Below are positions 25,832 through 34,772 of a stretch of DNA of 64,000 nt, one piece after another. Every line of letters begins with the position of its first letter. Position 1 is the stretch's first letter. Source of the stretch: an uncultured bacterium (lineage in GTDB: Bacteria; Latescibacterota; MWCZ01). The notes under the pieces were generated by a model that was given only the letters and a program-made list of their open reading frames with translations, did not search any database and was not told the DNA's origin. The DNA lies in assembly GCA_964510105.1 (NCBI GenBank), contig CAZEAI010000003.1, positions 31,805 through 95,804 of the forward strand, written 5' to 3'. A program made the position numbers and the translations under genes.

Positions 25832-26164
25832 GTCGTTGTGCCGTGCCTCCGCTGCGGACCCCATCGAACCTCTCCCGCCTCACGCCCTTATTTCCGGGCG
25901 TTCGTCGTCGCCGACATGCCCGCCCTGTTGCGTACCGGGAGCCGGGAGACCTATGTTCCATCGGTGTGGCGTGAGTCCGTACTTGACCCGGTTTGGACCG
26001 CTCAGATCGTCGTGTTCAAGCTACGACGGTACCCGATTAAGCCCCTGTGACTGATGGCTGAAGATAAGACACCCGCGGCGGTACACCAACCGAATTCACT
26101 GGCACGTGTCCCCCGCCGGCGACTCACACGATCGAGCGCTACGACGCCGGGCATTGCGCGAGTC

Positions 26165-26989
26165 ATGAGGTTTGCGTGTGTCGCGCTCATCGCGGCGGCA
26201 CCCGGCACCATCCAGTCCCGTGAATCCGTGACGCGCGACCAGCGCGGTGTAGAGATGGTGTTCGTTCCCGGTACGTCGTTCACCATGGGCAGCTCAGAGG
26301 CCGGAGCGGACGCACGACCGGCTCACGAGGTCATGGTATCCCCGTTCTATGTCGACCTGACAGAGGTCACCTACGCGCAGTTCCATGCGTTTCTCGTCGA
26401 GAACCCGCAGTGGCGCAGGGAGACTGTCGAACCCTCGCTTGCCGACGTCTACTATCTGCGGGACTGGACGGACCTGAGCTATCCGCCCGAGCTGTCGAAC
26501 CATCCCGTCGTATGGGTCAGTTGGGCCGCGGCGAATGCGTATGCCGAATGGCGCGGCGCCCGCCTGCCGACTGAGGCAGAATGGGAACTTGCGGCGCGCG
26601 GCAGCGATGGACGCGTGTGGCCATGGGGCAGCCACGCTCCGGATTCGGGCTCGACGTACTACTGCAACTACCGCGCCGGAGGACGCACGGGTGACGGTCA
26701 TGTTCGCACGGCGCCGGTGGGCAGTTTCCCGCGCGGAGTCAGCCCGTTCGGCGTGTTCGACATGGCCGGAAACGTGTGGGAGTGGACCGCGGACTGGCAC
26801 GACCCGGAGTACTACGTCGAGAGCACTTCACGCGACCCAACCGGGCCGGCGACGGGAACATACCGGGTTGTGCGCGGCGGCTCGTGGAGCGTGCCCGCGC
26901 CGTGGACACGCTCGACCGTTCGGCTCAGGGCGCCCCCATCCCGATGTTCCGATCAGGTCGGATTTCGCTGCGTCGCCCCCATAGATTAG
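26165..26989 (+). CDS. formylglycine-generating enzyme (SUMF1/FGE) family protein, secreted
   Basis: Signal peptide (MRFACVALIAAAPG). FGE-sulfatase domain motifs (WRGARLPTEAEWELAARG, GNVWEWTADW, RVVRGGSW). Confidence 0.7.
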   Translation: MRFACVALIAAAPGTIQSRESVTRDQRGVEMVFVPGTSFTMGSSEAGADARPAHEVMVSPFYVDLTEVTYAQFHAFLVENPQWRRETVEPSLADVYYLRDWTDLSYPPELSNHPVVWVSWAAANAYAEWRGARLPTEAEWELAARGSDGRVWPWGSHAPDSGSTYYCNYRAGGRTGDGHVRTAPVGSFPRGVSPFGVFDMAGNVWEWTADWHDPEYYVESTSRDPTGPATGTYRVVRGGSWSVPAPWTRSTVRLRAPPSRCSDQVGFRCVAPID

Positions 26990-27181
26990 CGTTCACGACG
27001 ATTCGGACGATCGGCAGCCTGATTCTCTACCTAGAGATGTACACACGGTCCGATCCGAGGCCGTCGGGCAACCGATTCGACAGAGAATGGCGTATCTTCA
27101 TTTTGATTGTGCGAGGCCGTCCGGCACCGAAAGCTGGCGCCGACGGCTTGGTCCCATTTCGTCTTTCGGAGGACGAACTAC

Positions 27182-29524
27182 ATGACATCGACTGCAAAGA
27201 GATGTGGCTCGGTCGGGCTCGCCGCTGTGGCGGCGTGGGCGATCGCGGGCTGCGAAATGCCGAGCACCCTTTCTCCGAGTGTGGAGATCGCAACGAATCT
27301 GCCACTGCTGGAAGAGCGGGTGAGCATCGGCGAGGATATAGACGGCTCCGCGGCCGACATTCAGTCAACGGTCGACAACAGGCTCGAGATTCACCTCGTC
27401 GAGGATGAGATCGATCTCGGTGACAACGGATCGGTTGGAAGCGATCGATTCGCCGTTGACGACCAGGCGCCCGAGGTGACCGGCGCGACTGTCGGGCTCA
27501 TCAACGTTGACGACATCCCTCCCGAGACGACGAACAACGTCGCCATAGCGGATGTCGCGCCGGATCTCGTCGGGCAGTTCCCGCCGGGGACCACGATTCC
27601 CTTCATGCCGGGCCAGGAGCTGCCCATGAGCAAGGAGGAGATCACGTTCGAGAAGATCGATAGCGTGAGGTTCTCGGACGAGCAGAGCCCCGACCTGAAT
27701 CGCGTCGTGGTCTCGTTCGAGAACAACACCCCGCTCACCATGGGGCCGGTTTCAATCTATCTCAGCAACAACCCGGATACCACCGCCCAGGGCGATATCA
27801 TCGACCCCTATGCCCAGGTGACACTCACCGATGTACCGCCGGGGCAGACTCGGGCGGCGCCGCCGATCATTCTGAGCGGTGTCACGGTCGCGAGCCCCAC
27901 ATACGTGTTCACGGAGTCGGCGTTCCAGTCGGGCACGAATGTGTCCGCGGACGACCTGTCGGCCGGCTCGTTCGCGACTACCGTGGATATCTCGGCGCTC
28001 GAGGTGGTCTCCGCGGTCGCCGAGATTCCAGAGCAGTCCACTCAACGGAATCGAACCATATCATTCAGCAACGACAAACTCGACCTGATCCAGGTCGACC
28101 TCGCCACGACGGACGCGCAGGACGACAGCAATGAGTTCGTGCTGACGTTCCGCAACGACATCCAGACGCCCATCACGCTCGGATATGAGCTGCCGGACTT
28201 CACCATTCCGAAAACACCTCCCGTCGGCGCAGGCGCCATATCAGGAGTGGTAGGGGGCAACTACGCGAAGGGGGTAATGTCGTTCGCAGCGGGCCAGGAG
28301 CAGGTGATCAGATTCGATCTCGATGGAGCGACGCTGGCAAACGGCACCAGCCCCGGTGATCCGGTCGACGATATCAACATAAACCTGCTGGTCACGGTGG
28401 AAGGCACGGGGAGCACCAGAGTGCCCATAGCGTCCACGGACAGCGTAAACGTCGTCGCGGACGTAAGTGGGCTGGCGATCGAGCGCGTCTTCGGTCGCGT
28501 TCCGCCGGACAGGCCTATTGAGATCTCGATCTCGGAATTCAACATCGGAATCGACCAGAACACTCCCGCCGGAGTGAAAGCGATCCATGCCGTCGCCTTC
28601 GCCTCGTCACTGACGATCGCTACGTTCAGCACCGTCGCGGACGCCGAAGTCGACTTGACCATGGCGGTGGCGGCGTCAGACGGCAGTGGCAGCACGGAAT
28701 ACAGTCGAATTCTGCGCAACGAGATCACCGATGGCGCGGTCATCGAGTTCCGTACCACCGAGGACAGCCTTGGCACCGATGGAGTAACCTCGCCGCTCGA
28801 CATCATTAACGCCGCGCTGGACAACGTGATCGAGACGGGCACGGCGGACATCAGCGTCCGTGGTACTGTGACGATCCGGGGCGATGTGGAACTCATCCGC
28901 AACCAGAGCCGCATCGAAGCCGGAGACATGACCGTCGATATGCCGCTGCAGTTCGACGTTCCAGCTATCACGTTCGATGCGAAGTCCGAGGATTCGGACG
29001 CGTTCAGCATCAGCGTGGGTCAGGGCGTGCGGGACGACATCATACCCAAGGCGCGGTCAGCCGCGCTCGTCGCGCACGTTGAGAACCATTTCCCGCTCGG
29101 CGGCGCGCTGGTCATGTTCGTAAGCCCGGACCCACGCCTTACGCGTCTCCGAAGCGAGTACCCAGCTGACGATCAGGATGCGGTAACGTCCATCCCGAAA
29201 GCTCTGCCGGCAGGCATAGACATCACCGACGTCGACAACTTCGTGGCGCAGAACGGTGTCTACAAGCTCATCGAAATCACGTTGCCGGAACCGCAGCGTC
29301 TCGCCGATGGGTCGATCGACAACGACAACCCGGGCGTCGACACGATAGTGATCTCGCTTGGCGAGGAGGAGCTACAGCTCTTCACGTCGCAGAATCTCTA
29401 TCTGCTGCCACGCATACAGCTAGTGCAGGCACCGGGAGTTGTTCAGTTACGAGCTGACGATCATCTGAACGTGTCCCTGTGGATGCAGTTGAACGCCGAA
29501 ACGAAGAGCGGGGAGGGGTCGTGA
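27182..29524 (+). CDS. large (about 780 aa) Asp/Thr-rich lipoprotein of unknown function
   Basis: Signal peptide with lipobox LAAVAAWAIAGC. Long acidic, repetitive beta-rich sequence. Its stop overlaps the next start (TGATG). Confidence 0.55.
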   Translation: MTSTAKRCGSVGLAAVAAWAIAGCEMPSTLSPSVEIATNLPLLEERVSIGEDIDGSAADIQSTVDNRLEIHLVEDEIDLGDNGSVGSDRFAVDDQAPEVTGATVGLINVDDIPPETTNNVAIADVAPDLVGQFPPGTTIPFMPGQELPMSKEEITFEKIDSVRFSDEQSPDLNRVVVSFENNTPLTMGPVSIYLSNNPDTTAQGDIIDPYAQVTLTDVPPGQTRAAPPIILSGVTVASPTYVFTESAFQSGTNVSADDLSAGSFATTVDISALEVVSAVAEIPEQSTQRNRTISFSNDKLDLIQVDLATTDAQDDSNEFVLTFRNDIQTPITLGYELPDFTIPKTPPVGAGAISGVVGGNYAKGVMSFAAGQEQVIRFDLDGATLANGTSPGDPVDDININLLVTVEGTGSTRVPIASTDSVNVVADVSGLAIERVFGRVPPDRPIEISISEFNIGIDQNTPAGVKAIHAVAFASSLTIATFSTVADAEVDLTMAVAASDGSGSTEYSRILRNEITDGAVIEFRTTEDSLGTDGVTSPLDIINAALDNVIETGTADISVRGTVTIRGDVELIRNQSRIEAGDMTVDMPLQFDVPAITFDAKSEDSDAFSISVGQGVRDDIIPKARSAALVAHVENHFPLGGALVMFVSPDPRLTRLRSEYPADDQDAVTSIPKALPAGIDITDVDNFVAQNGVYKLIEITLPEPQRLADGSIDNDNPGVDTIVISLGEEELQLFTSQNLYLLPRIQLVQAPGVVQLRADDHLNVSLWMQLNAETKSGEGS

Positions 29525-31053
29525 TGAAGAAGCTGACTCAAGTCATCGGAGCGGTCGCGATCTGCCTCACGCTATCGGGACCGCAAGCGGGCGCCGTCGG
29601 CATGGGATACAGCCAAGCCGAAGCAACCGGAATGGCCGGGGCGTACTCGGCATTCGCGGACGGAATACATGCTCCTTTCTGGAATCCGGCGAATCTCGCG
29701 GCTGATTCCACTGGGCCGAACGTGGAGATCGGGCTGTTCAACGTGGGCGTCCTCGTTGGCAACGACGGAATCGGCTGGAGCGACTACGTCGGCTGGGTCG
29801 ACGATGGTGTCCTGACGACGAGTGAGATCCAGAGCGCGCTCGACCAGTTCCCCGGAAGTTCGCTCAGCATTCACCAGAGCATGGAATTCGGCGCACCGTT
29901 CTCGATGGCTATCGGGCGCTGGGCCTTCTCGTGGAGCTTCGTGCAGATGGTCGAGATCGGCCTGGCGCGCGGCTTCGTCGACATGATCACCGACGACCCG
30001 CTCGCGGATGTCGACGTGAACGACGTGGCGGCTCGCGACCAGGCGATTCTTGATCGTTATAACGATGCCGAGGCAGGGAACATCGTCCGCGATCTCTCGG
30101 GGATGAAGGCCGACGTGTGGGCGATGAGCACGCTGGGCATCTCTCACGGACGCCTCATCGACGTGCCGATGTTCGAGCGGTTCGCCGTTGGCGGATCGTT
30201 CAACGTCTACCTCGCGGGGCCGCGGATGCGGATCGTGCGATCCGAAGGTGAAGCCGTCGTTCGGGGTAACACCTGGGACGCCGATGCACTGGTGCAGATG
30301 GAGCTTTCCGGCGCCGAGATCACCACGACCGAAGACAGCTCGTGGCAGAGCGACTGGTCCTGGGGCGGCTCTGGGGGCCACTGGGAGCACAACACCGAAC
30401 GCGAGTTAAGCGTGGACCAGCCCGTCGCCTGGGGCCTCGGCGTGAACATCGGCGCCGCGGGGACGTGGCAGGACGAAATCGACTTCAGCGTCGCGATCAT
30501 GAACCTGCCGATCCGGATGATCACCTGGACGACCGGCGAGCGGCGCACGTTCCACATCCAGAACGACACGGATGTGAACGCGAAGTCGATGTTCGACGAC
30601 AAGCCCGACGGTCAGGACATGCTGGACTACCTCGACACGCTCTGGGCTCCGAGCGGAGCCGGCGTCGCGTCGCACGAGCGCCTCAGCTCCACGACCGCCG
30701 CTCCGCCGACGTACATCAGGGCGGGCGCCGCGAAGAACTTCTTCGGTCCGCTGTTGACGTGGACCGTGGACATCGAGCAGGCTTTCGCGGAAACGGCGAT
30801 AACGTCGACAACGCCGCGCCTCTCCACGGGCGCGGAAGTGCGGCCGCTCGGGAAGTGGGTGCCAATTCGAGCGGGCATGTCGGTGGGAGGCCGAACAGGC
30901 CACTTCGCCTCGCTCGGGTTCGGGATCCACATACCGGGATTCCAGTTCGACACGGCGTTCGTGAAGGAGGGTGCGTTCACTCCGTTCGAGGTGCCGTTCT
31001 CCGGTGCCTCAACCGGCGTAGGATTCGCCGCGGAGATGAAAATCTCGCTCTGA
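29524..31053 (+). CDS. outer-membrane beta-barrel protein of the FadL/PorV-like (OMPP1) superfamily
   Basis: Signal peptide (MKKLTQVIGAVAICLTLSGPQAGA) followed by the family N-terminal signature GMGYSQAEATGMAGAYSAFADGIHAPFWNPANLA. Alternating beta-strand-like composition. Confidence 0.5.
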   Translation: MKKLTQVIGAVAICLTLSGPQAGAVGMGYSQAEATGMAGAYSAFADGIHAPFWNPANLAADSTGPNVEIGLFNVGVLVGNDGIGWSDYVGWVDDGVLTTSEIQSALDQFPGSSLSIHQSMEFGAPFSMAIGRWAFSWSFVQMVEIGLARGFVDMITDDPLADVDVNDVAARDQAILDRYNDAEAGNIVRDLSGMKADVWAMSTLGISHGRLIDVPMFERFAVGGSFNVYLAGPRMRIVRSEGEAVVRGNTWDADALVQMELSGAEITTTEDSSWQSDWSWGGSGGHWEHNTERELSVDQPVAWGLGVNIGAAGTWQDEIDFSVAIMNLPIRMITWTTGERRTFHIQNDTDVNAKSMFDDKPDGQDMLDYLDTLWAPSGAGVASHERLSSTTAAPPTYIRAGAAKNFFGPLLTWTVDIEQAFAETAITSTTPRLSTGAEVRPLGKWVPIRAGMSVGGRTGHFASLGFGIHIPGFQFDTAFVKEGAFTPFEVPFSGASTGVGFAAEMKISL

Positions 31054-31077
31054 TTCCGGTGCCGCGATATAGCGCAG

Positions 31078-31110
31078 GGAGAAGGCGTGCTCGATTGGGC
31101 GCGCCTTCTC
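31078..31110. terminator. hairpin between convergent genes (bidirectional terminator)
   Basis: GGAGAAGGCG-(12 nt loop)-CGCCTTCTC inverted repeat. Confidence 0.45.
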
Positions 31111-31124
31111 TGCGTACCGTGAGG

Positions 31125-32849
31125 TCACTCCTCAACGATAATCGGCACGTCCAGAACGAACTCGGCCTCTGCCGGGACGCATTCCACTCCGCGTTCCAGA
31201 GCGGCGCGCAGAAGCTGCACCGCCATGCCGGACGGCGCGTTGCCTGAGACCGATACCAGCGTAACGGACCCATCCGGCGCGATCCTCACTTGAGGCACGA
31301 CGATCAGCGGATTCGGCCGCTGCGGGGAATATTGAGCTGCAACCCACATCGCCTGCAACACCGACTTCACCGGTCGAAGCGACCGTTCGAGCGAAGGAAT
31401 CGAACGCGGGTGCTGCACGGGCAGATCTGCGTCAGGCAGCAGAAGCGAATCACCATCCGCCTGCACGGCACGCGCCTCTGCCAACCGGTTCTGGACCAGA
31501 ATCTGCCGGAGGTGCACCACGCGAGGCGACGCCTGGTCCTGCCGTACGATGCTCCGAGCGATCTCGGCGATCCGCTCCGAGGACTCCGCGCGGAGACAGC
31601 TCTCGAACAGCGCGGCGAGCGCATCGGTCGCGGGGAGCAATTCCGGCGCCGGTGACGACCATGCGGTATCCGCCACGAATTCGGGTGGGTACGGCGGCGC
31701 GTAGGGTGGCAGCGGCGTCAGGAGGTCGCGCAACCTGATCGCCGGGTCGCGCGACCAGTAGCTGAGGTCGGTCTCGGTACCTGCCAGCCCCATCCACGGT
31801 CCCGCGAGTGCGGATACGTAGAGCGAATCGAGCGCTTGGAGGTCCGCCAGGCGAGCGAACTCAGCGTATTCCCGGACTACGATCGGCGGCGCGTCACCTC
31901 GATTCTCGATGCGTTGCCGCGCGAGGAATGTGCCCAGTTCGCCGGCCTCGCCCGTAGGCATCGCGAAACGAGTCAGGCGGCTCACCGGAGCCGACTCCCA
32001 CCCGCGCATGCGTTCGTTCAGCCATTCGGATCGAGCGATGCCGCCGTCCGCGCGCCTCCTCGCGCCATAGAGCTTCGCCAGATCGTGCCAGACGATCGAG
32101 CGAGCGGTGTCCGATACGCCCGTCTGCCGCAGGAGCACATCCTGACGCCGCCTCGCCTCTTCGTCCATGGGCACGAGGCCGTGAGCCCGCGCATCGCGGA
32201 GGTTCACCGGCCGCGACGTCGCGGTGAACAGGAGGACGTGAAACGGGCCGACTCCCGACTGCGCGCGCAGCGGCAGCACCAGCTTGTCGGTTGGGAAGGC
32301 CACCCTCAGGGCGGGAAACACTCCGGACCCCGGCGCGTGGACTCCCGGCCGCGGGCGTGCGGTGACGAACGAGAAGCCGGCGTAGTGCTCAAGCGACGAG
32401 TTCGACGGCGGCGCGACGCCGTTCGAGGCACACCACTCTCGCACGCTCGCGACGCCGCTCAGGACCGTGACCTCCCACGCATCGGCCTGAGCAGCAGGCA
32501 CGGGATCGACATCGCTAGGAGCGGCGCCGTTGACGTCGTCCACCGGCACTGCGACGCGATCGATCCATCGCCACGCGGAATCAAGAAGCGAGTCGTCAGC
32601 AGCTTCGGCTACGCTCGGCGGCGATTGGACAGGAAGCAGCCACGCGTCCGGTCCCGGTCGCGAGGCGGGATCACCGGCGAACACGGGCTGGATCACGATG
32701 TGCTGCCACCCGCCCTGCCAGAACGCGAGCGCCACCTCCACCGCGAGCCTGCCCGACGCAGGCGCGGGCCGCGCGGGTCTGTCGGCGTGCGCCACCGCGA
32801 CGCAGAGCGCCGCCGCTATCAGGGCTCGTAGTATGCGGGCCGGTCTCAT
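31125..32849 (-). CDS. hypothetical secreted protein (possibly DUF2330-like)
   Basis: N-terminal signal peptide (MRPARILRALIAAALCVAVAHA). Intact 574-aa ORF. The weak resemblance to DUF2330 is uncertain. Confidence 0.4.
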   Translation of the reverse strand: MRPARILRALIAAALCVAVAHADRPARPAPASGRLAVEVALAFWQGGWQHIVIQPVFAGDPASRPGPDAWLLPVQSPPSVAEAADDSLLDSAWRWIDRVAVPVDDVNGAAPSDVDPVPAAQADAWEVTVLSGVASVREWCASNGVAPPSNSSLEHYAGFSFVTARPRPGVHAPGSGVFPALRVAFPTDKLVLPLRAQSGVGPFHVLLFTATSRPVNLRDARAHGLVPMDEEARRRQDVLLRQTGVSDTARSIVWHDLAKLYGARRRADGGIARSEWLNERMRGWESAPVSRLTRFAMPTGEAGELGTFLARQRIENRGDAPPIVVREYAEFARLADLQALDSLYVSALAGPWMGLAGTETDLSYWSRDPAIRLRDLLTPLPPYAPPYPPEFVADTAWSSPAPELLPATDALAALFESCLRAESSERIAEIARSIVRQDQASPRVVHLRQILVQNRLAEARAVQADGDSLLLPDADLPVQHPRSIPSLERSLRPVKSVLQAMWVAAQYSPQRPNPLIVVPQVRIAPDGSVTLVSVSGNAPSGMAVQLLRAALERGVECVPAEAEFVLDVPIIVEE

Positions 32850-32925
32850 GTCTCAGGATCCTCTCGGGACGTCATGTGCGCAACTCCGTAATATGCGCGG
32901 CCTGGTCGCCACGCTCAACGCCGAG

Positions 32926-33034
32926 CAGTTGTCCCGCAGCCAGCAGGCAGTTGTCCCGCAGCCAGCAGGCAGCTGTCCGACGGCCAACGAGTAGTTGTCC
33001 CGCGGCCAACGCCTGTTGTCCGGCGACCAGCCTG
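32926..33034. repeat. tandem array of about five 22-bp direct repeats (two perfect CAGTTGTCCCGCAGCCAGCAGG units plus three degenerate units)
   Basis: Directly visible in the sequence at 32926-32947 and 32948-32969 (identical), then degenerate copies to about 33034. Located in the divergent promoter region between the 31125..32849 gene and lysS. Confidence 0.7.
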
Positions 33035-33102
33035 AAAGGTACATTCAAAGGACCGAAACGCCCGTCTTTCCTTTGAGTTCCCCCAACGTCGCGAGGGCGC
33101 AC

Positions 33103-34620
33103 GTGGAGTATCAGCAGCAACTCATCGACCAGCGAATCGCAAAGCTCGAACGGCTTCGCGAACTCGGCGTCGAGCCATATCCGTACCGGTATGAGCCGAC
33201 GCATATCAGCCGCGATATTGTGGAGAACGCCGAATCTCTCGACGGCGGGCAGGTATGCGTCGCCGGGCGCCTGCGATCGATTCGGGGGAAGGGGAAGACC
33301 GCCTTCGCCCACCTCCAGGATGCCGAGGGACAGATTCAGCTCTACGTCCGCCGAGATATCGTGGGAGACGACGTCTACGCCGCGTGGAAACAGCTTGACA
33401 TCGGCGATATCGTCGGCGTCGAGGGACCGGTCTTCAGCACCCGGACGGGCGAGGTCACGGTCCAGGCGGATCGGCTCACTATCCTGACGAAGAGCATCCG
33501 CCCGCTGCCGGTGGTGAAGGAACGCACCGTCGACGGCGAGCGCGAGACCTACAACGACATCGCGGAGAATACCGAGCTACGCTACCGGCATCGCGCGGTG
33601 GACCTCACGGTGAATCCGAGCGTGCGAGAGGTATTCCGCAGCAGGGCGCGAGTCATGCGCGCGCTACGGGATGTGCTCCATGATCGCGGCTTCATCGAGG
33701 TCGAAACGCCGACGCTCCAGCCGCTCTACGGCGGGGCGAACGCGCGCCCGTTCAAGACGCACCACAACGCGCTCGATCTCGACCTGTACCTCCGCATCAG
33801 CCCGGAGCTGTACCTGAAGCGCCTCATCGTCGGCGGGCTCGACCGCGTGTATGACCTGTCGAAGAACTTCCGCAACGAGGGGATCGACCGCACGCACAAT
33901 CCCGAGTTCACCATGCTGGAAGTGTATCAGGCGTATGCCGACTACACCGACATGATGGCGCTCACCGAGGATCTCTACGCGGCGGCGGCACAAGCGGTAC
34001 TCGGCGGCCTGAGCATCACGTACCAGGGCACGGAACTCGACTTGACGCCCCCGTGGGAACGGCTCACCATGGCCGATGCCATCAAGCGACACACCGGTAT
34101 CGACGTGGATGCCATCGACGAGGACGAGCTACGGCGGCACGTCGCCGAGCGCGACCCCGATATCGCGGACGACCTGCCGCCCGGCCTGCTCATCGCGGAG
34201 CTGTTCGAGCAGCGCGTGGAGCAGCACCTCACCGGTCCGGTGTTCATCACCGAGCACCCGCTGGAGACGACGCCCCTCTGCAAAGCGTCGAGGACCACGC
34301 CGGGACGGATCGAGCGCTTCGAGCCGTATATCCTCGGCTGGGAGATCGGCAACGCGTATTCCGAGCTTAACGACCCGGTCCGGCAGCGCGAGCTGCTGAC
34401 GGATCAGGCGGCGGATCGCGATGTGGATGGCGAGGTGCCGCCGCTCGACGAGGACTTCCTGCAAGCCATCGAAACGGGCATGCCGCCGACCGGCGGTCTC
34501 GGGCTGGGCGTCGACCGTCTCGTGATGTTCCTGACGGACCAGCCTTCGATCCGCGACGTCATAGCGTTCCCCACGCTCAGACCCGAACGCGCGGACACCG
34601 GCGCTCCGGACGAGAAGTAG
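33103..34620 (+). CDS. lysS: lysine--tRNA ligase (class II)
   Basis: Class II aaRS motifs, OB-fold anticodon-binding N-domain (CVAGRLRSIRGKGKTAFAHLQD), catalytic core (FRNEGIDRTHNPEFTMLEVYQAY; motif 3 region GLGLGVDRLVMFL). The start is set to the in-frame GTG 33103 with GAGGG upstream because the annotated ATG 32995 lies inside the repeat array. Confidence 0.8.
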   Translation: MEYQQQLIDQRIAKLERLRELGVEPYPYRYEPTHISRDIVENAESLDGGQVCVAGRLRSIRGKGKTAFAHLQDAEGQIQLYVRRDIVGDDVYAAWKQLDIGDIVGVEGPVFSTRTGEVTVQADRLTILTKSIRPLPVVKERTVDGERETYNDIAENTELRYRHRAVDLTVNPSVREVFRSRARVMRALRDVLHDRGFIEVETPTLQPLYGGANARPFKTHHNALDLDLYLRISPELYLKRLIVGGLDRVYDLSKNFRNEGIDRTHNPEFTMLEVYQAYADYTDMMALTEDLYAAAAQAVLGGLSITYQGTELDLTPPWERLTMADAIKRHTGIDVDAIDEDELRRHVAERDPDIADDLPPGLLIAELFEQRVEQHLTGPVFITEHPLETTPLCKASRTTPGRIERFEPYILGWEIGNAYSELNDPVRQRELLTDQAADRDVDGEVPPLDEDFLQAIETGMPPTGGLGLGVDRLVMFLTDQPSIRDVIAFPTLRPERADTGAPDEK

Positions 34621-34772
34621 CACTTCGGATCGCGCCTATCCGCCGTATTGGCAGAGCGACGCGACATATCAGCATGACAACGCGCATGGCACCGGTATTG
34701 CACCAGCGAACGAGGCGTTCCGCGCACCGGATACCTTGCAGCGCAACACACCACGCAAGATGAGAGGCCCGC

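Noticed and set aside
25865-26164. 300-bp intergenic region inspected for tRNA or a small RNA
   Set aside because: No TΨC-arm-like GGTTCGAATCC motif, cloverleaf, or recognisable SRP/6S/tmRNA/RNase P signature was seen; it is treated as the promoter region of the FGE gene.
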